Notes: a model not told the origin generated them from the sequence alone. Counted from the whole stretch's first letter, positions 47,222 through 57,547 are shown. The stretch is DNA of 63,899 bases, filler included, from Aduncisulcus paluster (GCA_024181965.1; 19 parts of 19 records of this genome joined end to end with filler, not necessarily neighbours in it), one strand, 5' to 3'. A program made the numbers and translations.

Positions 47222-47382
47222 NNNNNNNNNNNNNNNNNNNNNNNNNNNNNNNNNNNNNNNNNNNNTTAATTAATTAANNNNNNNNNNNNNNNNNNNNNNN
47301 NNNNNNNNNNNNNNNNNNNNNCGCAGGTCCAAGCCCTGCAGGAATCGGATTCCCTAAATCAAATTCAACACGAAATTGTTTG

Positions 47383-47451
47383 TTATTTATAGGACGAAAC
47401 GGGTTCTCGCTAAATTTTTGATTGATAGGATTTTACGATAAATTGTTTCAG
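47383..47451. repeat. Dispersed 69-bp conserved element, copy 1
   Basis: Gapless match to 63579-63647, 62/69 identical by manual count. Confidence 0.85.
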
Positions 47452-47854
47452 CAGCCTACTAGTAGTTGTACTGAAATTCAGTTAGTAACTGAATTTTTTG
47501 GATTGAGGGCTAAAATGCTTACAAAAGTTGATTCCAAAGACGTCATCCACAATGATAATGGAAAAGAAAAGGGATGGGTATGCTGACCTCGATGATATCT
47601 GTTCACTATGTAGATATTTAGACCAAAATATAATGATATTTCAAATCAATTGTGGGCCAAGGAAGCAAATGCAGTGCTCCTAAAAAAGAAGAAGATACAG
47701 AAGTTGAGTTTATTGAATCAAATCCATCCTCTAGAAATTATGACAATTTGAGACTATAAGCACAATTTCGGTTTATATTTACCTCCATTTTGAATTAATA
47801 AATGTTTTTGTTTTATTAATACCTTTAGTTGTTGGTAATTCAGCCAAACAAATA

Positions 47855-47984
47855 TAGCCGTGGAGGTTATAATTCTGGCCGTGGCGACGGCCAGCCGTGG
47901 CCGCTAACCGTCAAGTGTAGCCGTGTGACGGCTACATATAGGTCCACGGCTGCAGCCGTCACGGCTGCATTGAGAAAACCCTAG
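47855..47984 (+). mobile_element. GC-rich multi-hairpin element ending in CTAG: Helitron-like 3' end or hAT-like terminus
   Basis: Repeated GCCGT/ACGGC motifs form three perfect inverted repeats; the last is followed after 11 nt by CTAG. Confidence 0.5.
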
Positions 47985-47995
47985 AAGTTGATCAT

Positions 47996-48451
47996 TCATG
48001 AGAAACACCCTATCTCGCTGGCTACACCCATAAGAATCACAATACTAGGAATTATGATTGTGCACCAAAGTAACACTTTATACACATTAAACCAACCGGA
48101 CTTGAAATTTGCGCCATAGTCAAATATATAAATTGCACAATCGGAAGTAAAATCATAAAAAGTTACAGAAAGGGAACTTACGGGAAGATAATCAACACTT
48201 TCGCATGACTCCAACTCTTCTTCGGGATAGTAATCCCACTGATTGAAAGTGACATTATCTTCGCTGACATCATAAGAATTCGGATAGGAAAAAGAATGTG
48301 TGGGAGTTATTCCTATATCAAGTTCTTTTGCATAATATACAGAGAGACAATTTGAAAAACAATCATGCTGTTCACTTGAACTACAACCACCTACAGGCTG
48401 ACTAACGCCTGATGTCTCATTATTTAAATAATTCTTTGATGTCGACAAATT
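47996..48451 (-). CDS. 3' end of a membrane protein (partial)
   Basis: Cys-containing region followed by the C-terminal hydrophobic helix VLLWCTIIIPSIVILMGV. Confidence 0.55.
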   Translation of the reverse strand, partial: NLSTSKNYLNNETSGVSQPVGGCSSSEQHDCFSNCLSVYYAKELDIGITPTHSFSYPNSYDVSEDNVTFNQWDYYPEEELESCESVDYLPVSSLSVTFYDFTSDCAIYIFDYGANFKSGWFNVYKVLLWCTIIIPSIVILMGVASEIGCFS

Positions 48452-48551
48452 NNNNNNNNNNNNNNNNNNNNNNNNNNNNNNNNNNNNNNNNNNNNTTAAT
48501 TAATTAANNNNNNNNNNNNNNNNNNNNNNNNNNNNNNNNNNNNNNNNNNNN

Positions 48552-50963
48552 GAAACACAACATCCATCACTTCGATTGATTCTCTTAGTACATCCTTGGA
48601 GATACTGTACATTGCTGACACAACTTCAATTTCAGACCTTCAGCTCACTCTTAATTCCATGTCTTCGTTGCATAGTGTCAAGTTTGACAATATTGGTTTG
48701 TCTTCCATTCCTGACTTCTCCGCCTCCTCAGCTTATCTGACCTTCATAGACCTCTCGAAGAATGGTGGCATCTCATCTGTCTATCCAATCATTTCAAGTG
48801 AACTTACCTATCTCGAAATGTTTATCTGTACCAACTGTTCCATTTCAGACCTATCTCCATTGTATTCCTTGCCTAACTTAATGTCCATCTCTGTGGTTGG
48901 CAATAAGATCTGTGTGGGTTCCTCCGAGTCCACTGAAGATCTTGCTGAGAAGTTCAAGAATCATGGAGTTGCTGGGTTTAGTCTTGATCTTGGTTCTGAC
49001 TTCTCAACAGACCAAACATGTGAATGTTCCTCACCTGATAACATTGGATACAGCGATACCCTGATTACTGACAACAAGGTATGTAGTGAAACCAAACCTG
49101 GGTCTAATTCGTGGTATGTTATATGTGCCAGTGATTCATACACGTCATACACATCTGCTGAGGACTTTACATGCACTCAACCAGATTCATCAACTTCGAA
49201 CTGTTCTGGAGGGTGTGAGTATGGATATGAGTGTAGATATCTTGGTGATGAAGAGATTGGTGATGGAATTTACACAACGGGAGAGTGTCAGCAAGTGATA
49301 GTAGATGAGAACTTGCATGACTATATCGCCAGTGTTCTCGATAGTGTTGAAAGCACTCTTTCTTTCACTCATCGAACAAATGACAATCCTGCACGTTTCA
49401 GTGTTGCCTCTCTGAAGACTCTTGAATCTGTTGCTGTTGAAACTTCTGAGAACTCATTTGTTCCTCAAATTAACTTTTCGTCTCAACCGATAAATGACTT
49501 GGCTGGAATTGAACATCTTGTCAATATCAAAGCAATCATGCTAAATGGAGTTTTATCGTCCGAAACGACAGAACATCTTGATTTGATATCCACCTTAACA
49601 AATCTTGAACTGTTGAATTTGGCTGACAATTCTGATTTATTCTCTTTNNNNNNNNNNNNNNNNNNNNGCAAGTGATAGTAGATGAGAACTTGCATGACTA
49701 TATCGCCAGTGTTCTCGATAGTGTTGAAAGCACTCTTTCTTTCACTCATCGAACAAATGACAATCCTGCACGTTTCAGTGTTGCCTCTCTGAAGACTCTT
49801 GAATCTGTTGCTGTTTAAACTTCTGAGAACTCATTTGTTCCTCAAATTAACTTTTCGTCTCAACCGATAAATGACTTGGCTGGAATTGAACATCTTGTCA
49901 ATATCAAAGCAATCATGCTAAATGGAGTTTTATCGTCCGAAACGACAGAACATCTTGATTTGATATCCACCTTAACAAATCTTGAACTGTTGAATTTGGC
50001 TGACAATTCTGATTTATTCTCTTTGCCCGATCTCACATATCTATCGTCACTTGAATGGTTGAGTGTTAATATGACTTCGGTGTCACTTCCATCCAATGAA
50101 TATGTTCTCCCATCGTCCATCACTAAATTCATGTTTCTTTCCTCAAATATTGATGATGCAGGATTTGCCAAGAATGTTGGAAATGGATATCTTTCAAATC
50201 TAGATGTGCTCTATTTTGGAAATACCGATTCACTCATATCCATTGAATCCCTGTCACAAAGTCAGATTGAGAATCTTGGTGTTTTGAGAGTTGTTGAAAG
50301 TTCCATTGGCGACTCTTTCAATGATTTGATCGCTAACATGTCCAACTTAAGAACTCTGATTCTCACATCATGTGACTTAACCACCATTCCAAATCTGACA
50401 AATAGTGCGAGTACACTGACCAATATTAATTTGAGCTCGAATCCGATTTTGACATCTCTTCTTCCTCTTGCAACTGCCAGTCTTACCAATCTCTCAACAA
50501 TGAATGTATCTGGATGTAATATCTCAGATCCTTCACCATTATATGCTTTGTCCAGCAATACTTCTTGGAGTAGCATTGGCTTGTCATATAATCATATCTG
50601 TGGTGGTGATAGTGCAATTGAGACATTCCTTGCATCTAAGTTTCCTTCTGCAACTGTGGATGTTTCTAATCAAACCTGTGAATGCTCTTCTAATGTTGCT
50701 CTTGGATCAACTCCTCTCGCTTCCAACAAGGTCTGCAGTGAAACAAAACCTGGGTCTGGTTCATGGTATGTTGTGTGTGCCAGTGATTCATACACGTCAT
50801 ACACATCTGCTGAGGACTTTACATGCACTCAACCAGATTCATCCTCAGCCACAAACTGTTCTGGAGGGTGTGAGTATGGATATGAGTGTCGAAATGATCC
50901 AGATTTAGAATCAATATCATGTCAACAAGTGATAGTTGATGATTATCTTCATGCATGTGTTGC
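48552..50963 (+). CDS. Large LRR/Cys-rich modular surface protein, internal fragment (scaffold gap at 49648-49667)
   Basis: LRRs alternate with a repeated Cys-rich module NKVCSETKPGS.SWYV.CASDSYTSYTSAEDFTCTQPDSS..NCSGGCEYGYECR; related to the 3860-7422 protein. Confidence 0.85.
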
Positions 50964-51287
50964 NNNNNNNNNNNNNNNNNNNNNNNNNNNNNNNNNNNNN
51001 NNNNNNNTTAATTAATTAANNNNNNNNNNNNNNNNNNNNNNNNNNNNNNNNNNNNNNNNNNNNGTAATAAGAAGTTTAGAGTTGTGAAAGAATTGATTCC
51101 TGTTTTCTTGAAAAATCAGGTTATGATAATATGGCAAATTACCACCACGGATGATATTATAGTGAGTAATATACATATTATTTTATTATTTATTTTCATG
51201 TTTATGGTGGTAAACATAGGTTGAAGGCGGTGTCTAGAGGGGAGTTATCTTGTAAGGTGGAAATTAGATATCTGACCAAAGAGACAT

Positions 51288-52016
51288 TTATTCTATATCC
51301 TCAATTATCGGTTCTGCAGTGAATTGATACTTGCAAGTTTTCAGATGAGGGAGATTCCCGGTAACCATTGCACCACGTCCTTGTAACCGAATAGTAAGTA
51401 TAAATTTCCCACACGAGGTGCATTTTGCTCTTATACGTTTTTTTGAACGGTCCTCATAATAGACTACCTCACATGGTCTAAGGGAGGATGTTATCTTGGC
51501 TTTGAGGCTTCCTAGTGGTGCCACAATCTTAGAAAGCAGGGAGTAATCGGTGAATATTTTCGCCGGTGGCCATTCTTTTATGAGCACACCTGATATATTT
51601 TCAAGGTCAACTGAGCCAGTTGGAGACAGCAATGTAAAGTGGTAGGACTCGAGCGCTACCCAGACAACATCTGATTCGGCGTCACCTCGGTTATAGAGAG
51701 TGATTCCACCCTGATCCACGATACCAATGCAAATTTTTGCAGCTTTTGCAAACGCAAAAATTTCATCGGAAGTCGCAAGATAGTCGTGGTCCAGGGCTTC
51801 ACCAACAGTCTTGGAACCGCCAAGATAGGACAAACATTTCATGGTTACACCGAGTCTTTTGGCAAGCTTCTCGTGAACCTTCCCGGTAAGGGCTGCGGAC
51901 ATGCAGTAATAAAAACAAAGATTATCCGTGCCACTTACGTAAGTTAACCGGGGGCAGTGACCAAAAATCGCAGTAAGAAGCTGTAAAATATTACGGGAGA
52001 GGGTATAACCTTCCAT
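51288..52016 (-). CDS. OTU-like cysteine protease domain fused to a Mutator/WRKY-GCM1-like zinc finger; probably transposon-derived
   Basis: DNLCFYYCMS (Cys box), ATSDEIFAFA and YHFTLL (His box); C-terminal KRIRAKCTSC...HLKTC. Confidence 0.55.
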   Translation of the reverse strand: MEGYTLSRNILQLLTAIFGHCPRLTYVSGTDNLCFYYCMSAALTGKVHEKLAKRLGVTMKCLSYLGGSKTVGEALDHDYLATSDEIFAFAKAAKICIGIVDQGGITLYNRGDAESDVVWVALESYHFTLLSPTGSVDLENISGVLIKEWPPAKIFTDYSLLSKIVAPLGSLKAKITSSLRPCEVVYYEDRSKKRIRAKCTSCGKFILTIRLQGRGAMVTGNLPHLKTCKYQFTAEPIIEDIE

Positions 52017-52452
52017 TACTCGGGCAAATCGAAATTTCCGGGGATATCAACGGGTTACCACAAAAAAAAAATTAATTGTTATCGCTTTATGCTTAATTAG
52101 ATTATGATAGAGTTAATNNNNNNNNNNNNNNNNNNNNNNNNNNNNNNNNNNNNNNNNNNNNTTAATTAATTAANNNNNNNNNNNNNNNNNNNNNNNNNNN
52201 NNNNNNNNNNNNNNNNNTTTTACTCCTTTTTGGAGTCATATGGAACACTATCATAACATTAGACATCCATAAAGAGTGATATAATACGAGAACTTTCCAA
52301 CAATAGTCTCCAAAATGATCGGTAAAACATCATAAAACATGCATAATATGGAAAGAAGATACGTTATGTAAGGCACAGAATGTCCAAAAGATGTGTAATA
52401 CAATATAAGATACAATTAACTGAAACATAACATGAACATAAAAAAACAAAAA

Positions 52453-52571
52453 GCTTACAGTACCTTACTTTCCCGAGTCGTCACCGACCTCAGTACTGAT
52501 AAGGCCCGCGCTTGCTTAACTTGTCGATTCGGAAAGGGCCGACGTGTTTTCAAGCGGGAATGACCGTAAGC
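52453..52571 (-). rRNA. 5S rRNA (copy 1)
   Basis: GCTTACGGTCATTCC...GTTAAGC...GGGCC...AGTACT...GGGAA...CTGTAAGC, 119 nt with pairing ends, followed by a T-run Pol III terminator. Confidence 0.93.
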
Positions 52572-52986
52572 GATAGTAACATTCTTGCATAGTACACCTA
52601 TGGATCATCTTTTGAAAACATTTTCGAGACCATGAAATGTAAAAGAAAGAAAAAAAATATTTGTTATATTACAACCACTGTTGTATATCTTGAGCGTCAG
52701 CTCGGCAATTTGTACTATACTGTACTCACAAACATCATTTATAAGCACCATTTTTACTCCTTTTTGGAGTCATATGGAACACTATCATAACATTAGACAT
52801 CCATAAAGAGTGATATAATACGAGAACTTTCCAACAATAGTCTCCAAAATGATCGGTAAAACATCATAAAACATGCATAATATGGAAAGAAGATACGTTA
52901 TGTAAGGCACAGAATGTCCAAAAGATGTGTAATACAATATAAGATACAATTAACTGAAACATAACATGAACATAAAAAAACAAAAA

Positions 52987-53105
52987 GCTTACAGTACCTT
53001 ACTTTCCCGAGTCGTCACCGACCTCAGTACTGATAAGGCCCGCGCTTGCTTAACTTGTCGATTCGGAAAGGGCCGACGTGTTTTCAAGCGGGAATGACCG
53101 TAAGC
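52987..53105 (-). rRNA. 5S rRNA (copy 2)
   Basis: Same sequence as copy 1. Confidence 0.93.
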
Positions 53106-53520
53106 GATAGTAACATTCTTGCATAGTACACCTATGGATCATCTTTGGAAAACATTTTCGAGACCATGAAATGTAAAAGAAAGAAAAAAAATATTTGTTA
53201 TATTACAACCACTGTTGTATATCTTGAGCGTCAGCTCGGCAATTTGTACTATACTGTACTCACAAACATCATTTATAAGCACCATTTTTACTCCTTTTTG
53301 GAGTCATATGGAACACTATCATAACATTAGACATCCATAAAGAGTGATATAATACGAGAAATTTCCAACAATAGTCTCCAAAATGATCGGTAAAACATCA
53401 TAAAACATGCATAACATGGAAAGAAGATACGTTATGTAAGGCACAGAATGTCCAAAAGATGTGTAATACAATATAAGATACAATTAACTGAAACATAACA
53501 TGAACATAAAAAAACAAAAA

Positions 53521-53639
53521 GCTTACAGTACCTTACTTTCCCGAGTCGTCACCGACCTCAGTACTGATAAGGCCCGCGCTTGCTTAACTTGTCGATTCGG
53601 AAAGGGCCGACGTGTTTTCAAGCGGGAATGACCGTAAGC
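53521..53639 (-). rRNA. 5S rRNA (copy 3)
   Basis: Same sequence as copy 1. Confidence 0.93.
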
Positions 53640-54084
53640 GATAGTAACATTCTTGCATAGTACACCTATGGATCATCTTTGGAAAACAGTTTCGAGACCA
53701 TGAAATGTAAAAGAAAGAAAAAAAATATTTGTTATATTACAACCACTGTTGTATATCTTGAGCGTCAGCTCGGCAATTTGTACTATACTGTACTCACAAA
53801 CATCATTTATAAGCACCATTTTTACTCCTTTTTGGAGTCATATGGAACACTATCATAACATTAGACATCCATAAAGAGTGATATAATACGAGAACTTTCC
53901 AACAATAGTCTCCAAAATGATCGGTAAAACATCATAAAACATGCATAATATGGAAAGAAGATACGTTATGTAAGGCACAGAATGNNNNNNNNNNNNNNNN
54001 NNNNNNNNNNNNNNNNNNNNNNNNNNNNTTAATTAATTAANNNNNNNNNNNNNNNNNNNNNNNNNNNNNNNNNNNNNNNNNNNN

Positions 54085-54136
54085 CTCCACTCATATCTGG
54101 GGTTATTGCATGATGATTAAATATCCAAATATTCAA
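54085..54136 (-). CDS. Start of a bacterial GT4 (WbuB-like) glycosyltransferase (partial)
   Basis: TTG directly after the wecB stop; MNIWIFNHHAITPDMSG. Confidence 0.6.
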
Positions 54137-55201
54137 CTAGTACTCCAATAGTTTTTTTATAATATTCTCACTAGCCTTACCACCACCATATAAATCTAAC
54201 TTAGAATTTTCTATATCAAAGTTCGAATTATTTTTATATGCTTCTAAAATCTTTTCCTTATCTGCACCTACTAAAGTATTCGCTCCACACTCTACTAATT
54301 CTACCCACTCTGTTTCATCTCTTAGAGTGATACACTGTTTTTGGAAAAAGTATGCTTCTTTTTGAAGTCCTCCACTATCTGTCATCACTAAACTAGAGTT
54401 GTCTATCAGCCATACCATCTCAAGATATCCCACTGGGTCTATTAAAGTTAGATTTTGGATGTCCAATTTTAAATTTTCAAGAATTTTTTTAGTTCTTGGA
54501 TGTAGTGGTAGAACTATTTGTTTCTCTTTTGCTATCTCATTTAAAGATTCAAAGATATCTTTGAGTCTAGTTTCATCATCTGTGTTTTCTGCTCTATGTA
54601 TTGTACAAAGGATATAATTATCTTTTATTTCACAAGATGGTTTTACTGCTAGATTTTTATAAAACATCGCACCATCTTGCATAACACCGCCACTTTTTAC
54701 TATTTTACAATCTAGGTTTTCATAACCTTCATTTTGTAAGTTTTGTATAGCTGTGTCTGTAGGACAAAACAAAATATTACTCACTCTATCTGTAAGTATT
54801 CTATTAACCTCTTCTGGCATTTGCATGTTAAAACTTCTAAGCCCTGCTTCTATATGAGCTAGTTTTATATGAAGTTTGCTAGCGACTATTGCACCTGCTA
54901 GAGTTGAGTTTGTATCTCCATACACCATAATCCAATCAGGATTTTCTTTTAATGCTACCTCTTCTATCTTCTCGATCATCTGTCCTGTCATAGCACCGTG
55001 ACTTTTACCACCAATTCCCAGAAAATAATTAGGCTTTGGTATTTTCATCTCATCAAAGAAAATATCGCTCATATTTGCATCGTAGTGTTGCCCTGTATGA
55101 ACTATGATCTCTTCTATGTTTTTATGTTTCGCTATTTCTCTTGAAACACTCCCTGCTTTTATGAACTGAGGTCTTGCTCCTAGTATTGTTAGTATTTTCA
55201 T
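54137..55201 (-). CDS. wecB: UDP-N-acetylglucosamine 2-epimerase (non-hydrolysing; WecB/WbpI-type), bacterial
   Basis: GARPQFIK, HTGQHYD, GDTNST, HIEAGLRS, PEEVNR and TDSGGLQKEA. Confidence 0.95.
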   Translation of the reverse strand: MKILTILGARPQFIKAGSVSREIAKHKNIEEIIVHTGQHYDANMSDIFFDEMKIPKPNYFLGIGGKSHGAMTGQMIEKIEEVALKENPDWIMVYGDTNSTLAGAIVASKLHIKLAHIEAGLRSFNMQMPEEVNRILTDRVSNILFCPTDTAIQNLQNEGYENLDCKIVKSGGVMQDGAMFYKNLAVKPSCEIKDNYILCTIHRAENTDDETRLKDIFESLNEIAKEKQIVLPLHPRTKKILENLKLDIQNLTLIDPVGYLEMVWLIDNSSLVMTDSGGLQKEAYFFQKQCITLRDETEWVELVECGANTLVGADKEKILEAYKNNSNFDIENSKLDLYGGGKASENIIKKLLEY

Positions 55202-55202
55202 C

Positions 55203-55778
55203 TTAACTCTCTTTTTTTATTTTTTTTATACTTCTACTTACTTTTGCAAATCCAAGGCTAAACTCAAATTTAGTAGTCGTTTCAACGATTTCACCATCCT
55301 CATCATTTTCTACTATATCAGGTGTTATTTCTATAATCTCTTCAAGTATTTTATTTGATTTATTAGCTAATTCTTTTTGTATATTTTCATCTGTAGTTTT
55401 CATAATGCTATTTATATTTCTTGATAGTTCTCTTATTTTTGAAAAAGTCTCTACAATCATCAAGGTTGCTTGAGTAGCTTGAGTACTTTTAAGTATAGTA
55501 GCCAGCATATACAGCCCTTTTTCTGTAAATACTTTTGGATTTGTTCTAGTCTTTGCAAATTTTGCGGTGGAAAATTTCCCCCGCAAATATTCAAAATCTT
55601 TATCACTTACTTCATACATATATCCATTTGGAAATTTTTCAGGATTATTTTTTACAGCTTTATTTATATCTCTAGTCTCAACACCATAAATCTCAGCCAA
55701 ATCTTTATCTACAATGATTTTTTGACCGTTCAGTTCAACTATTAGTTCTTTAATCTCTTCAATTTTTATTATATCCAT
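55203..55778 (-). CDS. ORF6N-domain (KilA-N-like) DNA-binding protein, bacterial
   Basis: DKDLAEIYGVETRDINKAVKNNPEKFP and FTEKGLYMLATILKS. Confidence 0.88.
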   Translation of the reverse strand: MDIIKIEEIKELIVELNGQKIIVDKDLAEIYGVETRDINKAVKNNPEKFPNGYMYEVSDKDFEYLRGKFSTAKFAKTRTNPKVFTEKGLYMLATILKSTQATQATLMIVETFSKIRELSRNINSIMKTTDENIQKELANKSNKILEEIIEITPDIVENDEDGEIVETTTKFEFSLGFAKVSRSIKKIKKES

Positions 55779-55782
55779 TATA

Positions 55783-55836
55783 TCAAGCCCTTACAAACTG
55801 TGGTCTTGCACCTAGTATTGTTAGTAAGTTGTTCAC
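55783..55836 (-). pseudogene. Relic 5' end of a second wecB allele (17 codons)
   Basis: GTG-NNLLTILGARPQFVRA-TGA compared with the wecB start MKILTILGARPQFIKA. Confidence 0.8.
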
Positions 55837-55980
55837 TTCCTTCTTGCATCATATTATTCCCTTTATATTAAAACATTCTTNNNNNNNNNNNNNNNNNNNN
55901 NNNNNNNNNNNNNNNNNNNNNNNNTTAATTAATTAANNNNNNNNNNNNNNNNNNNNNNNNNNNNNNNNNNNNNNNNNNNN

Positions 55981-56384
55981 TTTGTTAAAAATTTATTACA
56001 ACTTACAACAGAAGCTTCAACTCTTGGTCCAACAAAAGGGATATTGAAAAAAGTAAATAGTCCAGCTAATACACCATCTTCTCCATCTCCACCATGAGTA
56101 AGATTTAAAACGACATCAAATTCTAAAGTTTTTGTCTTAAAGAAACTTTGTTTTGTAAATCCATTTTGAGTAATCTGTAATTTATCATATTCTTTATATT
56201 TACCACTACTAAAAAGATTCGATTTTATAATATCTGATGGGATGTGATAAAACTCTCTATTTTTATCAACAAAAATATATACTAGTTCTTTATTTAAAAC
56301 TTTTTTCATAGTAATTGAACTCACTATACTTATTTCATGTTCAAAACTTTGTCCGCCAAATACTATTGCTATTTTTTTACTCAT
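55981..56384 (-). CDS. ddl: D-alanine--D-alanine ligase (3'-partial), bacterial
   Basis: FGGQSFEHEISIVS and HGGDGEDG. Confidence 0.93.
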
Positions 56385-56395
56385 TTCTTTCCTAT

Positions 56396-56959
56396 TTATC
56401 TTTGTAATTTCTTTAATGCTTCTTTAACAATTCCTGATGTATCAGTTTGTGTACATGTTTTTAACGCTTTATTGATTTGCTCTTTTTTAAACCCTAGCGA
56501 TTCCAATGCCATAACAGCAGCAGAGGCATTTTCTCCAAAATTATTTTCTTCATTATCATTATTTGTTAAAACAAACCCACTTAATTCAACAAGTATTCTA
56601 CTAGCACCTTTAGGACCAATTCCAGGAACTCTTTTTAACATAGCAATATCAGAAGTTTCTACTATTTGAGAGAAGCTACTTGGTGTAAAAGTACTACAAA
56701 TAGCCATAGCCGCTTTAGGTCCAACACCATTTATTTTTATAACTGTATCAAATAAAGTTTTTTCATTAATGTCTAAAAAACCATATAAATTGTTGCTATC
56801 TTCTTTAAGTATTTGTGTCGTATAAAGTTTTACATCTTCACCGATAATTGCTGAACTACAATTTATAGAAACAAATACTTCATAGGTAAGACCATTAGTC
56901 TTCACATGAATAAGTGTTGGTTCTTTTTTAACTACTTTACCTTCTATTCCTACTATCAT
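56396..56959 (-). CDS. ruvA: Holliday junction branch migration protein RuvA
   Basis: [32 protein letters not shown] and ALESLGF. Confidence 0.96.
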   Translation of the reverse strand: MIVGIEGKVVKKEPTLIHVKTNGLTYEVFVSINCSSAIIGEDVKLYTTQILKEDSNNLYGFLDINEKTLFDTVIKINGVGPKAAMAICSTFTPSSFSQIVETSDIAMLKRVPGIGPKGASRILVELSGFVLTNNDNEENNFGENASAAVMALESLGFKKEQINKALKTCTQTDTSGIVKEALKKLQR

Positions 56960-57148
56960 TTTCTCTTTCTTTTATAAAATATTTAATTTGTAATTATACT
57001 TCATTATAACATATTTTTACTTTATTATCTTGAATCATAACCTATGATTTATATTAAAAAAAATGATTAAAAATAGATAAATTAATTTAATTTATTGTAG
57101 AATCCTCAATAAAATATAATTTATCATATTATAATAAGGAAAATAGCA

Positions 57149-57505
57149 ATGGAAAATAAAGAATTAAATGTCATTGAGCAATTATGTGAAGTGATAGAAG
57201 AATCAGAACAAATGTCTATTGAAGTTATGGATCATTTAGATATTATTTTAGAAAAACTCACTGCACTAGAAGATAGCAAAGATTTAAGAAATGATATTGA
57301 TGGTATTAAAAATAATATCTTTATTACCTTGGAATCGATGCAAGCGCAAGATGCACATAGACAAAAAATAGAAAGAGTTGTAAACAATTTAGATCCAGAA
57401 AATGGTAAATTTGCTTCAAGTGCAAAACATATTTCTGGTGATGATGATTCAGATTTAATAGATGAAGATGAATTAGCTACACTGATTGCAGCAGCAAATG
57501 CCTAA
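57149..57505 (+). CDS. Short CheZ-like chemotaxis phosphatase (Campylobacterota type)
   Basis: MQAQDAHRQKIERV contains the DxxxQ catalytic motif; SAKHISGD and an acidic amphipathic C-terminal helix; AAGGA RBS. Confidence 0.75.
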   Translation: MENKELNVIEQLCEVIEESEQMSIEVMDHLDIILEKLTALEDSKDLRNDIDGIKNNIFITLESMQAQDAHRQKIERVVNNLDPENGKFASSAKHISGDDDSDLIDEDELATLIAAANA

Positions 57506-57515
57506 TCCAAAATCA

Positions 57516-57547
57516 AGTTTAGTGTAAAATATATCACACACTAAACT
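57516..57547. terminator. Stem-loop between convergent genes, possibly a bidirectional terminator
   Basis: AGTTTAGTGT-12 nt-ACACTAAACT perfect 10-bp stem between two stop codons; no long T-tail. Confidence 0.55.

Larger units (their letters stand above)
52218..53984. repeat. 5S rDNA tandem array, 534-bp unit, ~3.3 near-identical copies filling the contig
   Basis: Exact 534-bp period (52453, 52987, 53521) with only a few substitutions between units. Confidence 0.97.

Noticed and set aside
49811-49820. GAA to TAA change in the second copy of the LRR overlap
   Set aside because: A single difference in a duplicated contig end; it cannot be told apart from sequencing error or an allele, so it is not evidence of a pseudogene or recoding.
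52218-53984. Possible CRISPR array
   Set aside because: Whole 534-bp units are near-identical with no unique spacers, and each contains 5S rRNA.
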